From positions 6,910-70,909 of the forward strand of contig MWCI01000008.1 of the NCBI GenBank assembly GCA_002069965.1: a DNA stretch of 64,000 nucleotides, written 5' to 3'. Source of the DNA: Spirochaetes bacterium ADurb.Bin218. GTDB lineage: Bacteria; Spirochaetota; UBA4802; UBA5550. Below, piece after piece: positions 54,327-63,065 of this stretch. Positions within the stretch are counted from its first letter, which is position 1. Each line of letters starts with the position of its first letter. The notes under the pieces are model-generated. The model ran no database searches. It was given only the letters and a program-made list of their open reading frames with translations, and was not told the origin of the DNA. The position numbers were made by a program, and so were the translations under genes.

Positions 54327-56881
54327 AAAAACCACCCTGTATTATTGAGATCCTCTAAATTTGATGCAATATTTTCCTTTAAGGCATCATTTAAATCCTG
54401 AACGCTTTTAAAATCTAAAGGATCAATTGCCTTACCAACAACAATATTTCCTTTAAGCCTTCTATTAAATTTAGGCAAAAAACTATGTCTTGACCATATA
54501 TCATAAGCGCCATTTATGGTCACAGGAATAATTTTTTTGTTAAGATTTTTTGCAATAAAGGCAGCACCAATTTTAAATTCCATCATCTTCCCTGTGGAGG
54601 TTCTTCCACCCTCTGGAAATATAATAAGATTATAGCCCTGGCGCAAAATATCTGCACTCCTTTTTATTACATCCAATGTATTATTTTTATCAACCCAGAT
54701 AACAGGAAGAAAAGGGAACCCATATCTCAACAGTTTAAGATCAGCACTTCCTGCAACATAGACAAATTTGCGATACTTAACGGGAGTGGACACAGCAAGC
54801 CATACCATATCAAGATAAGAAGTATGATTTGCTGCAATTATGTTATTGTCAAATTTTAAGTTCTCCGGATTTTTAACCTCAAAATGCCAGAAGAATTTAG
54901 AAATAGCGGAAAATATAGCAATAAACCCATTATATAGAGGATTAAAAAAAGGCAAAGGCTTTTGAATAATCTCACTTTCAAAAAGCTTGCGGTCAATTCC
55001 CTCTCCTTCCTTTTCCTCCAGAGACATAAGATAAATTACCAATTCATCCATAGTCTGTATCTGCTTCATTCTTGAGAGATCTATTGTAACATTAAGCTTC
55101 TCTTCAAGGTGAGCGAGTAGATCTATCAGTCCAAGAGAATCAACTCCCATATCGCTCATGGTTTCCCTTGCAAAGATTTTATCCCTTTTGAATCTATCTT
55201 TAAGTATATTGATAACATGCTCTTCAGCAGGGGACTGAGGCAATAACTCTGTAACCAGTGCAGCAGTATCATCCTCACCTGTCATGTAAAGTCCATTGAG
55301 GAGGTTTTCTCTTACTTTGTCATATAAAATTTTCCTTGTGCTATTTACAGGCAGAGGCTCCAGCGAAACAGCAAAGGCTGTTACCATTTTATATGTTGGC
55401 AATCCCTTATTGAGACGATTCAACTCATCCTTTACAAGAGAATAAGCAGAATCATTTTTTATGGAAGGAACAATTACTGCAAAGACTCTTTCACCTTCCT
55501 CTGTGTCAAGTCCAAAGACAGCTATTTCTTGAATGAGTGAAGAGCTCTTGTAATAAGACTCAAGCTCCTCTGGATATACATTTTTACCTGACGGGAGCAC
55601 TATGACATTTTTAATTCTTCCTGTTATAAAGATCTCCCCATCCTTATCTATACGTCCAAGATCCCCTGTGTGAAAAAATCCCTCACTATCAAAGACCTCA
55701 TCATTTTTTTGCGGATTATTAAAATAACCAGGCATTACATTTATACCTTTAAAGCAAAGCTCCCCAATTCCATCGCTATTTATATTATGAATTTTAACCT
55801 CATTGCCTTCTAAGACCTTGCCAATGGAGCCTATTTTTATTTTGTTATAATTTGCAATTGTAATAGGACCAGTAGTCTCAGATAAGCCATAACCCTGAAT
55901 CAAAGGCAATCCCATGCTAAGATAGTATTTAGCATAAATCCTTTTTAAGGGAGCACCACCGCTTACCATTATGCGCATCTTTGGACCAAAGGCCTTTTTA
56001 ACAGGTTTAAAGATCATATCTGGAATAAACTTTAATCCCACTTTTCTAAAAAATATCCCATACTCAAGAAAAAACATAAAAAGCCTGAACTTCCATTTAG
56101 ACTCAAGCTTAACCTTGTTTATAATTCCATCCATTATGAGTTCCCATAACAAAGGCACAGCAGGGAAAAAGGTTATAGGATTTTCCGCAAGACTTTTTAA
56201 AATATCAGGACCTTTTAAAGAAGGTTGCAGGCAGATAGAGCTACCATGAGCCATTGGACCAAGAAAAGCAGCAATAAGCCCATAGGCATGAAAGAGAGGC
56301 AGGAGTGACAAAATCATGTCCTCACTGGTCGTTTTGCAAAAATGCGCATTGGCAAAGGCAGTCTTAAAAAGGTTCCCCTGAGTAAGCTGAACTATTTTTG
56401 GCTCTCCTGTTGTCCCTGAGGTAAAGAACAATGAAGAAATATCCTCTTCGCAGCAGTTTGGATTTTTTATCTTCCCTTCTCTTTCCATATTTGTAGAAAG
56501 TGATATATCATAAATAGGAATTTCAGAAAAAATTCCCTTAAAGTCAACAGTTGTCCAGAGGGCTTTAGCTTGTGCTTTTTTAATCATGTGGTGGTAATTA
56601 TTTTTATCAAGATTTGGATCAAGAGGTAAAACTATTGCACCAATAGCAGTAATCGCCATAAAGGTAATACACATATCAATGGAGTTTGGGGATAAGATAG
56701 CAAGGACATCACCCTTGCCATAGCCTTTCTTTTGCAAAAAAGCGCCTCTCTCCTCAATGAGCTTATAGGTATCTCTGTATGTAAGCCCAGTAGTAAAAAG
56801 TATATTGTCGCTATATTTGCTGCAAACCTCTGTGTAATAATCATAAAGAGAATTCATACCAGTCCCCGCAATGTTATTCAT
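54323..56881 (-). CDS. Tri-domain fusion: acyl-AMP/CoA ligase, acyl carrier domain and PlsC-type acyltransferase
   Basis: FFTSGTTGEPKIV, GYGLSETTG and TGDLGRIDKDGEIFITGR (adenylation domain). MGVDSLGLIDL (phosphopantetheine Ser). NHTSYLDM (HX4D) and FPEGGRT (acyltransferase). Confidence 0.85.
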   Translation of the reverse strand: MNNIAGTGMNSLYDYYTEVCSKYSDNILFTTGLTYRDTYKLIEERGAFLQKKGYGKGDVLAILSPNSIDMCITFMAITAIGAIVLPLDPNLDKNNYHHMIKKAQAKALWTTVDFKGIFSEIPIYDISLSTNMEREGKIKNPNCCEEDISSLFFTSGTTGEPKIVQLTQGNLFKTAFANAHFCKTTSEDMILSLLPLFHAYGLIAAFLGPMAHGSSICLQPSLKGPDILKSLAENPITFFPAVPLLWELIMDGIINKVKLESKWKFRLFMFFLEYGIFFRKVGLKFIPDMIFKPVKKAFGPKMRIMVSGGAPLKRIYAKYYLSMGLPLIQGYGLSETTGPITIANYNKIKIGSIGKVLEGNEVKIHNINSDGIGELCFKGINVMPGYFNNPQKNDEVFDSEGFFHTGDLGRIDKDGEIFITGRIKNVIVLPSGKNVYPEELESYYKSSSLIQEIAVFGLDTEEGERVFAVIVPSIKNDSAYSLVKDELNRLNKGLPTYKMVTAFAVSLEPLPVNSTRKILYDKVRENLLNGLYMTGEDDTAALVTELLPQSPAEEHVINILKDRFKRDKIFARETMSDMGVDSLGLIDLLAHLEEKLNVTIDLSRMKQIQTMDELVIYLMSLEEKEGEGIDRKLFESEIIQKPLPFFNPLYNGFIAIFSAISKFFWHFEVKNPENLKFDNNIIAANHTSYLDMVWLAVSTPVKYRKFVYVAGSADLKLLRYGFPFLPVIWVDKNNTLDVIKRSADILRQGYNLIIFPEGGRTSTGKMMEFKIGAAFIAKNLNKKIIPVTINGAYDIWSRHSFLPKFNRRLKGNIVVGKAIDPLDFKSVQDLNDALKENIASNLEDLNNTGWFL

Positions 56882-56904
56882 AAAATTTTATATTTCTATA
56901 AACT

Positions 56905-56928
56905 AAGGGGTGCTTTAAAGCACCCCTT
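56905..56928 (-). other. Perfect 9-bp GC-rich hairpin between the two fusion-gene paralogues
   Basis: AAGGGGTGC-TTTAAA-GCACCCCTT. No clean U-tract on either strand. Confidence 0.5.
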
Positions 56929-56966
56929 ATGTCAAAAAATAAAATTACAGGGATAAAGAGCAAGAA

Positions 56967-59516
56967 TTATTTTTTATTTAAATCAGGCTGCAATCCCTTT
57001 TCTATTTCCTGCCGAATCTTTTTCATCAAAGCCTCAGGAGTTTTATAGTTTGCAGGATTTATCTTATCACCAACAACTATTGTGCCTCTCATCCTTGTCC
57101 ATATCTTTGGAAAGGTCTTGTGAGGAGGCCATATATCGTATGTCCCATTGATTGTAATTGGTATAATCTCTTTGTTTATATTCTTAGCAAGATATGCAGA
57201 GCCCAATTTGAATTCCTGCAACTTGCCATCTTCAGTTCTCTTTCCTTCAGGGAAAACCATGATTGACTTATTCTGACGCAAGAGATCAGCACTGCGCTTA
57301 AAAACCTCATTGGTATTTTTATTGTAATCAACCCAGATAACAGGCATACCATGGAATATATACCTGATTCCAGAGACCTCTTTTTTACCAATGGCATAGG
57401 TATTTTTAATATCCTTAATCTTCATAATCCCTATAAGCCATGGAATATCAAAATAAGAGGAGTGATTTGCCAGAATGATATTGTTGTTAATATCCAGTTT
57501 CTCTGGATTTATAAGCTCCACTCTATATAAAAATTTACACATGAGTTTTACAAGGCCTATCCAGAAATACAAAATAGGATTAAAAAAGGGCAGAGGTTTT
57601 TCTGTTATTTCACTTTCAAAGAGCCTCTCCTTCAGAGAAGCGCCCTCTGTCTTTTCAAGACCTACAAGGTATTGTAAGAGCTCATCCATAGTTTGCAAAG
57701 CTTTAACCTTTTCAATATCTATTGAAACAGATAAAGCCTCCTCAAGCTGAACAACAAGCTGCACAAGTCCAAGAGAGTCTATTCCAAAATCAGCAAGAGT
57801 TTGTTTTGCATAAATCTTATCTTTTTTTAGAAATTTTTTGAGTGCATCAATTATCTCTTCCTCAACAGCAGTTGTAGGAGTCAAAAGATCCCTTAAAACA
57901 GCGCTATCATTTTCATGCTCCATGTAAACACCCTGCTTGAGCAGTTCAATAACCTCACGATAAACAATCTTTCGTGCAGAGTTAACAGGCAGTTTATCAA
58001 AGGAAATTGCAAAATCAGTAACAATCTTATAAGAAGGCAAACCCTTATTGAGCCTATGGAGTTCTCCTCTAATCTTTTCAAAACTTTGATCACTTTTATC
58101 CTTTGGAACAATTACAGCATAGACCTTTTCCTCTCCATTTTTATTCAAACCAAAAACAGCAATCTCTTCAATCTCTGAAGATTTTTTATAATAGGACTCA
58201 AGCTCCTCAGGATATACATTTTTACCAGAGGAAAGCACTATTACATTTTTCTCTCTGCCAGTAATAAAAATGTTACCATCCCTATCCATACGGGCAAGGT
58301 CACCAGTATTAAAAAAGCCCTCCTGGTCAAAGACCTCTCTGTTTGCCTCTTCATTATCATAATATCCTGGCATAACAGAGTCACCTCTAAGCCATAGCTG
58401 ACCTATTCCATCTTCATTTATATTTTTAATTTTAGCCTCATTACCTGGAGTTGGTTTACCAACAGAGCCTACAATATTGTTCCTTACATCAGGGAGAGTA
58501 ATAGGACCTGTTGTTTCTGTAAGGCCATAACCCTCAATAAGTGTAAAACCCATGCTCTTATAGTATCTGCGATATTTATCCTTCAAAGGAGCACCACCAC
58601 TTATAAAAAATCTATGACTGCGGCCAAAAACCTCATGTATTGGATCAAAAATTTTGTTAACTATAAATCCAAACCCCAGAGAGCGCAAAAGAGTCCCATA
58701 CTCAAGGAAAAAGGTAAAAAGCTTATACTTAAAGGCAGATTCACCCTTAACCTTCTTCAAAATACCGTCCATGAACATTTCCCACAAGATAGGAGCTGCA
58801 GGAAAAATTGTTATAGGATGCTCAGCAAGGCTTTTCATAATATCAGGCCCTTTAAGAGAAGTCTGATATACAAAAGAGCCACCATGAGCAAAGGGGCCAA
58901 CAAAGCATGCATCAAGGGCATAGACGTGATAGAGAGGTAAAATGCAGAGCATGACATCATTTGGAGACATATAAGAAACAAGAGAGGTGCTCTCTGCTGT
59001 TGCAATTATATTTTTATGTGTAAGCATAACTATCTTTGGTTTCCCGGTTGTTCCCGAGGTAAAAAGATAAGTTGCAATGTCCTCTGACTTAACCTTTGGA
59101 GCCTTGAATTTTTTCTTTTTTTCAAGGGAAGAGTTTAAAGAAACAGAATAGGTCTTTGTTCTCTTGATAGCGCCTTTGAACTCATCGGAGATAAATACAG
59201 CTTTTGCTTTAACCTTTTTTATCATTTCAGAATGATTTGCCTGTGATAGATTTATATCAAGAGGAAGGACAATAGCTCCAATCATATTTATTGCCATGTA
59301 ACTAATAATCCACTCTTCATTACTCTTTGCAAGAAGTGCAATAACATCTCCCTGTTTGTATCCCTCACTTTGCAAAAATGCAGCACGCTCCAGAGCAACC
59401 TTCCATACATCATTGTAGGTCATATTGAGGTTTCTAAACATAATCCTATCAGAATAGGTTTCACATTTTTCCCTGTAAAATTCATAGAGATTTTCTGCCA
59501 TACTATTTGTCTCCAT
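56967..59516 (-). CDS. Tri-domain fusion: acyl-AMP/CoA ligase, acyl carrier domain and PlsC-type acyltransferase (paralogue)
   Basis: LFTSGTTGKPKIV, GYGLTETTG, FGIDSLGLVQL, NHSSYFDI and FPEGKRT. It is collinear with the downstream paralogue at roughly half identity by eye. Confidence 0.85.
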   Translation of the reverse strand: METNSMAENLYEFYREKCETYSDRIMFRNLNMTYNDVWKVALERAAFLQSEGYKQGDVIALLAKSNEEWIISYMAINMIGAIVLPLDINLSQANHSEMIKKVKAKAVFISDEFKGAIKRTKTYSVSLNSSLEKKKKFKAPKVKSEDIATYLFTSGTTGKPKIVMLTHKNIIATAESTSLVSYMSPNDVMLCILPLYHVYALDACFVGPFAHGGSFVYQTSLKGPDIMKSLAEHPITIFPAAPILWEMFMDGILKKVKGESAFKYKLFTFFLEYGTLLRSLGFGFIVNKIFDPIHEVFGRSHRFFISGGAPLKDKYRRYYKSMGFTLIEGYGLTETTGPITLPDVRNNIVGSVGKPTPGNEAKIKNINEDGIGQLWLRGDSVMPGYYDNEEANREVFDQEGFFNTGDLARMDRDGNIFITGREKNVIVLSSGKNVYPEELESYYKKSSEIEEIAVFGLNKNGEEKVYAVIVPKDKSDQSFEKIRGELHRLNKGLPSYKIVTDFAISFDKLPVNSARKIVYREVIELLKQGVYMEHENDSAVLRDLLTPTTAVEEEIIDALKKFLKKDKIYAKQTLADFGIDSLGLVQLVVQLEEALSVSIDIEKVKALQTMDELLQYLVGLEKTEGASLKERLFESEITEKPLPFFNPILYFWIGLVKLMCKFLYRVELINPEKLDINNNIILANHSSYFDIPWLIGIMKIKDIKNTYAIGKKEVSGIRYIFHGMPVIWVDYNKNTNEVFKRSADLLRQNKSIMVFPEGKRTEDGKLQEFKLGSAYLAKNINKEIIPITINGTYDIWPPHKTFPKIWTRMRGTIVVGDKINPANYKTPEALMKKIRQEIEKGLQPDLNKK

Positions 59517-59683
59517 AGTTCAAATTTGTTATTTATATAATAAATCATATATAGAGTGCAAGAATAATTAGGTGGAGTCAAATATTTTTCGCTTTTTTAC
59601 TTAGTCTGAGGCTACACAACCCAATTTTATATTTTTAAATTTCCCAATCCTGTGTGTTATTCTTTAAAATAATTACGTCTTTT

Positions 59684-59710
59684 GCAAAAAAAAAGCTGCC
59701 CAAAGGCAGC
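59684..59710 (-). terminator. Rho-independent terminator after the FadL-like gene
   Basis: On the minus strand: GCTGCC-TTTG-GGCAGC followed by T9 (plus-strand A-run 59686-59694). Confidence 0.75.
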
Positions 59711-59769
59711 CTCTATCAAAACAATCCTGACATTTATAAATCCTGGAGAAGCTATTATCAAACACAAAC

Positions 59770-61191
59770 TTAAAATACTTTATAATTAACCCCAATAGCA
59801 ATATTTTGAACAGTTCTATCATAAGAAACCTCATAACCAGAAGGAGTGGTTCCCTTTTCTGGGCCATCATAGGTTACAAGATAAGAATATCCAACAACAA
59901 GATCAAGATCCTGCATAATAGTATATACTATACCGCAGCTTCCCATGAGTATATGAGTTGACCAGTTATTGGCACCCATAGCAGCCATTTCTTCTTCTGA
60001 ATCAAAGAGAGAATCCTTTGAGCCAACATCTGCCAATGTAACTCCAAGGCCAACTTTAAGCTTAGATGGAATAATAGCATATATCCCACCAACATTAAGC
60101 TCCCAACCGAGTTTTTGAAAATACTCCTCAACTCCATTGTAATCCATGTCATGAACAAAGAAGAGCTCACCACCAATTGCCATTGTCAAAGCAGGAGTAA
60201 AAGCATACTCTGCACCCATCCTTGCAATGGCTGGAAGATTGAAATTCTCCTCCTCACCTTCCTTATTGAGCTTACCCTGCAATGTAGCTGCTGCTCCATT
60301 AACAACATACTGACCAGTCAGACCTCCACTTAAGTTGGGGTTATTTATCAAATTTGATGCAGTGACCTTATCTCTATCCTGATTGTATTTAAATTTAAGG
60401 TCAGCTTCTGTTTCATAGCTTAAAGATAGAGTAAGCTTATCCACTGGCCTTACGTCTAATCCAAATATAAGGCTATAGCCCTTTGCATCGCAATCAAATT
60501 TAGAATCAATGTCAAGATTCCACTCTCCTCCAAAGGCCGCAGTGTTAAAATAAAGCTTGCCAGTTGTCTCCGCTGTCTTTTGTGCATATATATACTGACC
60601 TCCAAGGCTTAAGCTAACCCTGTCGTCAAGCATGGAGTATGCCACAGATCCACCAAAGCCATAGTATACGCTTGATACATCCTGCTCAATGTCTGTTCTT
60701 GTAGCTGTAGTTGCTAATAATGCATTCAAAGATGATATTCCTTTTGCAGTATTTGCTGCTGCAAAGGCTGTTCCAGTTGTTCCATTCCAGTCAAGATATC
60801 CGCCGCCACCAATTACACCAGCCTTAAGTCCAAAGGCAAGATTGCCGCTACCAACCTTTCCCATGTTATAGACAGCATAAACATTGGGGAAAATAGGTAT
60901 TGGTCTATCATCTTTATACTTCTCATCAATACCAGAACCCTTAAAGGTCTCCTCATATTTCATAACGTAATACTGGTTATTCACACTTATGTGAAGTCCA
61001 GGAACCATTAAAGCTATACCTGCAGGGTTATAAGCAAGAATATCTGCAGCATCTGTTGCTGCCTGACGTGTTGCCATCATTAGAAATGATGCGCTCTGTG
61101 CAGTGCTATAATCAACACTATTTGCAAAGAGATTGGAACTAACTAAAAGCAATAGTCCCATAAATGGTGCTAACAAAAGTTTCCTCTTCAT
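59770..61191 (-). CDS. Outer-membrane transport protein, OmpP1/FadL/TodX family
   Basis: Signal peptide, then N-terminal ...ATRQAATDAADILAYNPAGIALM typical of the FadL hatch region. The remainder is Gly/aromatic-rich beta-barrel sequence ending NYKVF. Confidence 0.75.
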   Translation of the reverse strand: MKRKLLLAPFMGLLLLVSSNLFANSVDYSTAQSASFLMMATRQAATDAADILAYNPAGIALMVPGLHISVNNQYYVMKYEETFKGSGIDEKYKDDRPIPIFPNVYAVYNMGKVGSGNLAFGLKAGVIGGGGYLDWNGTTGTAFAAANTAKGISSLNALLATTATRTDIEQDVSSVYYGFGGSVAYSMLDDRVSLSLGGQYIYAQKTAETTGKLYFNTAAFGGEWNLDIDSKFDCDAKGYSLIFGLDVRPVDKLTLSLSYETEADLKFKYNQDRDKVTASNLINNPNLSGGLTGQYVVNGAAATLQGKLNKEGEEENFNLPAIARMGAEYAFTPALTMAIGGELFFVHDMDYNGVEEYFQKLGWELNVGGIYAIIPSKLKVGLGVTLADVGSKDSLFDSEEEMAAMGANNWSTHILMGSCGIVYTIMQDLDLVVGYSYLVTYDGPEKGTTPSGYEVSYDRTVQNIAIGVNYKVF

Positions 61192-61671
61192 ATTGTTTGT
61201 CCCCCAAAAAATTTTTAATGCCCAGGTATTTACATCAGGACATTTAGTGCTTTTATATATTTTCTAAAAACCGTCTAATCGGTTTCATTTTTAACAAAAC
61301 CGATCTACTGGTCATCTAATAAACAGATAATAGCAATAACTACATAAAATTCAACTATTTTTTACCAAAACTTAAAAAAATTTACCAAAATCAAAATTTA
61401 CAGCAAAATAACGACCAAAAAAATATAATAAAGCCAAAATAAATATAAAAATACCAAGTTAACACTGAAAGCCTCAAAAATAGCACCAAAGATCTACCCC
61501 TAATAAAATCAATGATTCAAATTTATGTCATAAAAATGGAAAAGCCCACAGATGCTACAGTTAGAAATAAATTTATTGCTTTTTCATAATATTTGATCTA
61601 CCTTATCGCTATAAAGATTAAACAAATATCTAATCTGCAAGAGATAACCTATAAATAATAAGGAGAAAACT

Positions 61672-62673
61672 ATGAGGCTTAAATTTCTTTTAATTCTTAT
61701 TTACACTGCAGCATCATTTTCCATTGCCTTTGGCGATTGTGTTGAGGGAGATTGTAAAAATGGAAAGGGTAAATTCATCTTTGTAAATAAAGCAATCTAT
61801 GAAGGTGAATTTAAAGATAGCAAGATGACTGGCAAAGGTGTATACACTGACCCAAAGGGAGACAAATACGAAGGTGACTTTGTAGATGGAAAGCTCAATG
61901 GCCAGGGAAAAGTTACATACAAAAATGGAAATGTAGCAGAGGGCACATATAAAGACAATCTACTTGATGGCACTGGAACAGTAATTTCTGCAAATGGTGA
62001 CAGATATACAGGGGAGTTCAAACAAGGTAAAAAACATGGCAAAGGAGAATTCATCTTTAGTAACGCTACAAAATATAGTGGCATGTTTAAAGAGGATCTC
62101 TTTGATGGGGAAGGTGAAATTACATACAGCAATGGTTCTTCCTTTAAAGGAAGTTTTGTAAAGGGCAAACCCCTTGGCAATGGTGAATTTAAAGATGCAA
62201 CAGGGGATATCTTTATTGGTCAATTTAAAGATGGCAAACTCAATGGAAAGGGAAAGGCCATATTCAAAAATGGCGCTATCTATGAGGGTGAATTTAAAGA
62301 TAGCAAGATGTGTGGCCAGGGTTTTTTTAAAGATGAACAGGGTAACAGCTACAGTGGTGAGTTTAAAAATGGAAAGTTAAACGGCAAGGGTAAGATAAAT
62401 TTTATAAATGGAAATATTTTTGAAGGACAATTTCTTAATGACCTCCTTGATGGCAAGGGAAAACATACAGATCCCGAGGGGAACATCTACGAAGGAGAAT
62501 TCAAAAAAGGCAAATTCCATGGAAAGGGAACATATATAAAACAGGGAAAATTCAAATATATAGGTGAATTTAAAGATGGAAAATTCCATGGACAGGGAAC
62601 TGTTTACAGGCCTGATGGGACAATTGCATATAAGGGTAAATTTGTTGATGGAGAGTTTAAGGGAGAAAAATGA
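61672..62673 (+). CDS. Secreted MORN-repeat protein
   Basis: Signal peptide followed by about 13 tandem 23-aa repeats of the type YEGEFKDGKxxGxGxxxxxxG. The DNA repeats internally; for example ATCTATGA(A/G)GGTGAATTTAAAGATAGCAAGATG occurs at ~61797 and ~62279. Confidence 0.85.
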   Translation: MRLKFLLILIYTAASFSIAFGDCVEGDCKNGKGKFIFVNKAIYEGEFKDSKMTGKGVYTDPKGDKYEGDFVDGKLNGQGKVTYKNGNVAEGTYKDNLLDGTGTVISANGDRYTGEFKQGKKHGKGEFIFSNATKYSGMFKEDLFDGEGEITYSNGSSFKGSFVKGKPLGNGEFKDATGDIFIGQFKDGKLNGKGKAIFKNGAIYEGEFKDSKMCGQGFFKDEQGNSYSGEFKNGKLNGKGKINFINGNIFEGQFLNDLLDGKGKHTDPEGNIYEGEFKKGKFHGKGTYIKQGKFKYIGEFKDGKFHGQGTVYRPDGTIAYKGKFVDGEFKGEK

Positions 62674-63065
62674 TTCATCATTTAAGCATAAAATCAACTC
62701 ACAGGGAAGAATTTATAAGCATAACCAATGAAATCCGTAAAGTAGTTGAACTGGAAGGAGTCAAAGAGGGGATATGCTACATATATACCCCTCATACAAC
62801 CGCTGGGATTACAATCAATGAAAATGCGGATCCTGATGTTGCTTCAGATATACTTAAAGGCCTGAGACATCTGGATTTAGAATCAGTGCGATTTAATCAC
62901 TGCGAAGGAAACTCCCCTGCTCATATCAAATCAAGCCTCATAGGATGCTCATGCTTTGTGCTTATTGAGAAGGGAAAATTAAAACTTGGCACATGGCAGG
63001 GGATTTTCTTTTGCGAGTTTGACGGCCCAAGAAGTAGAGAGGTATATGTAAAAATAATTTCTTAA
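62670..63065 (+). CDS. yjbQ: YjbQ/UPF0047-family protein (secondary thiamine-phosphate synthase-like)
   Basis: 131 aa. [31 protein letters not shown] and [15 protein letters not shown] are family hallmarks. Confidence 0.85.
   Translation: MIHHLSIKSTHREEFISITNEIRKVVELEGVKEGICYIYTPHTTAGITINENADPDVASDILKGLRHLDLESVRFNHCEGNSPAHIKSSLIGCSCFVLIEKGKLKLGTWQGIFFCEFDGPRSREVYVKIIS

Noticed and set aside
61672-62673. Strong internal DNA periodicity (about 69 bp) that could be mistaken for a tandem-repeat or CRISPR-like array.
   Set aside because: The repeats are in frame and encode 23-aa MORN repeats within one continuous ORF that has a signal peptide.
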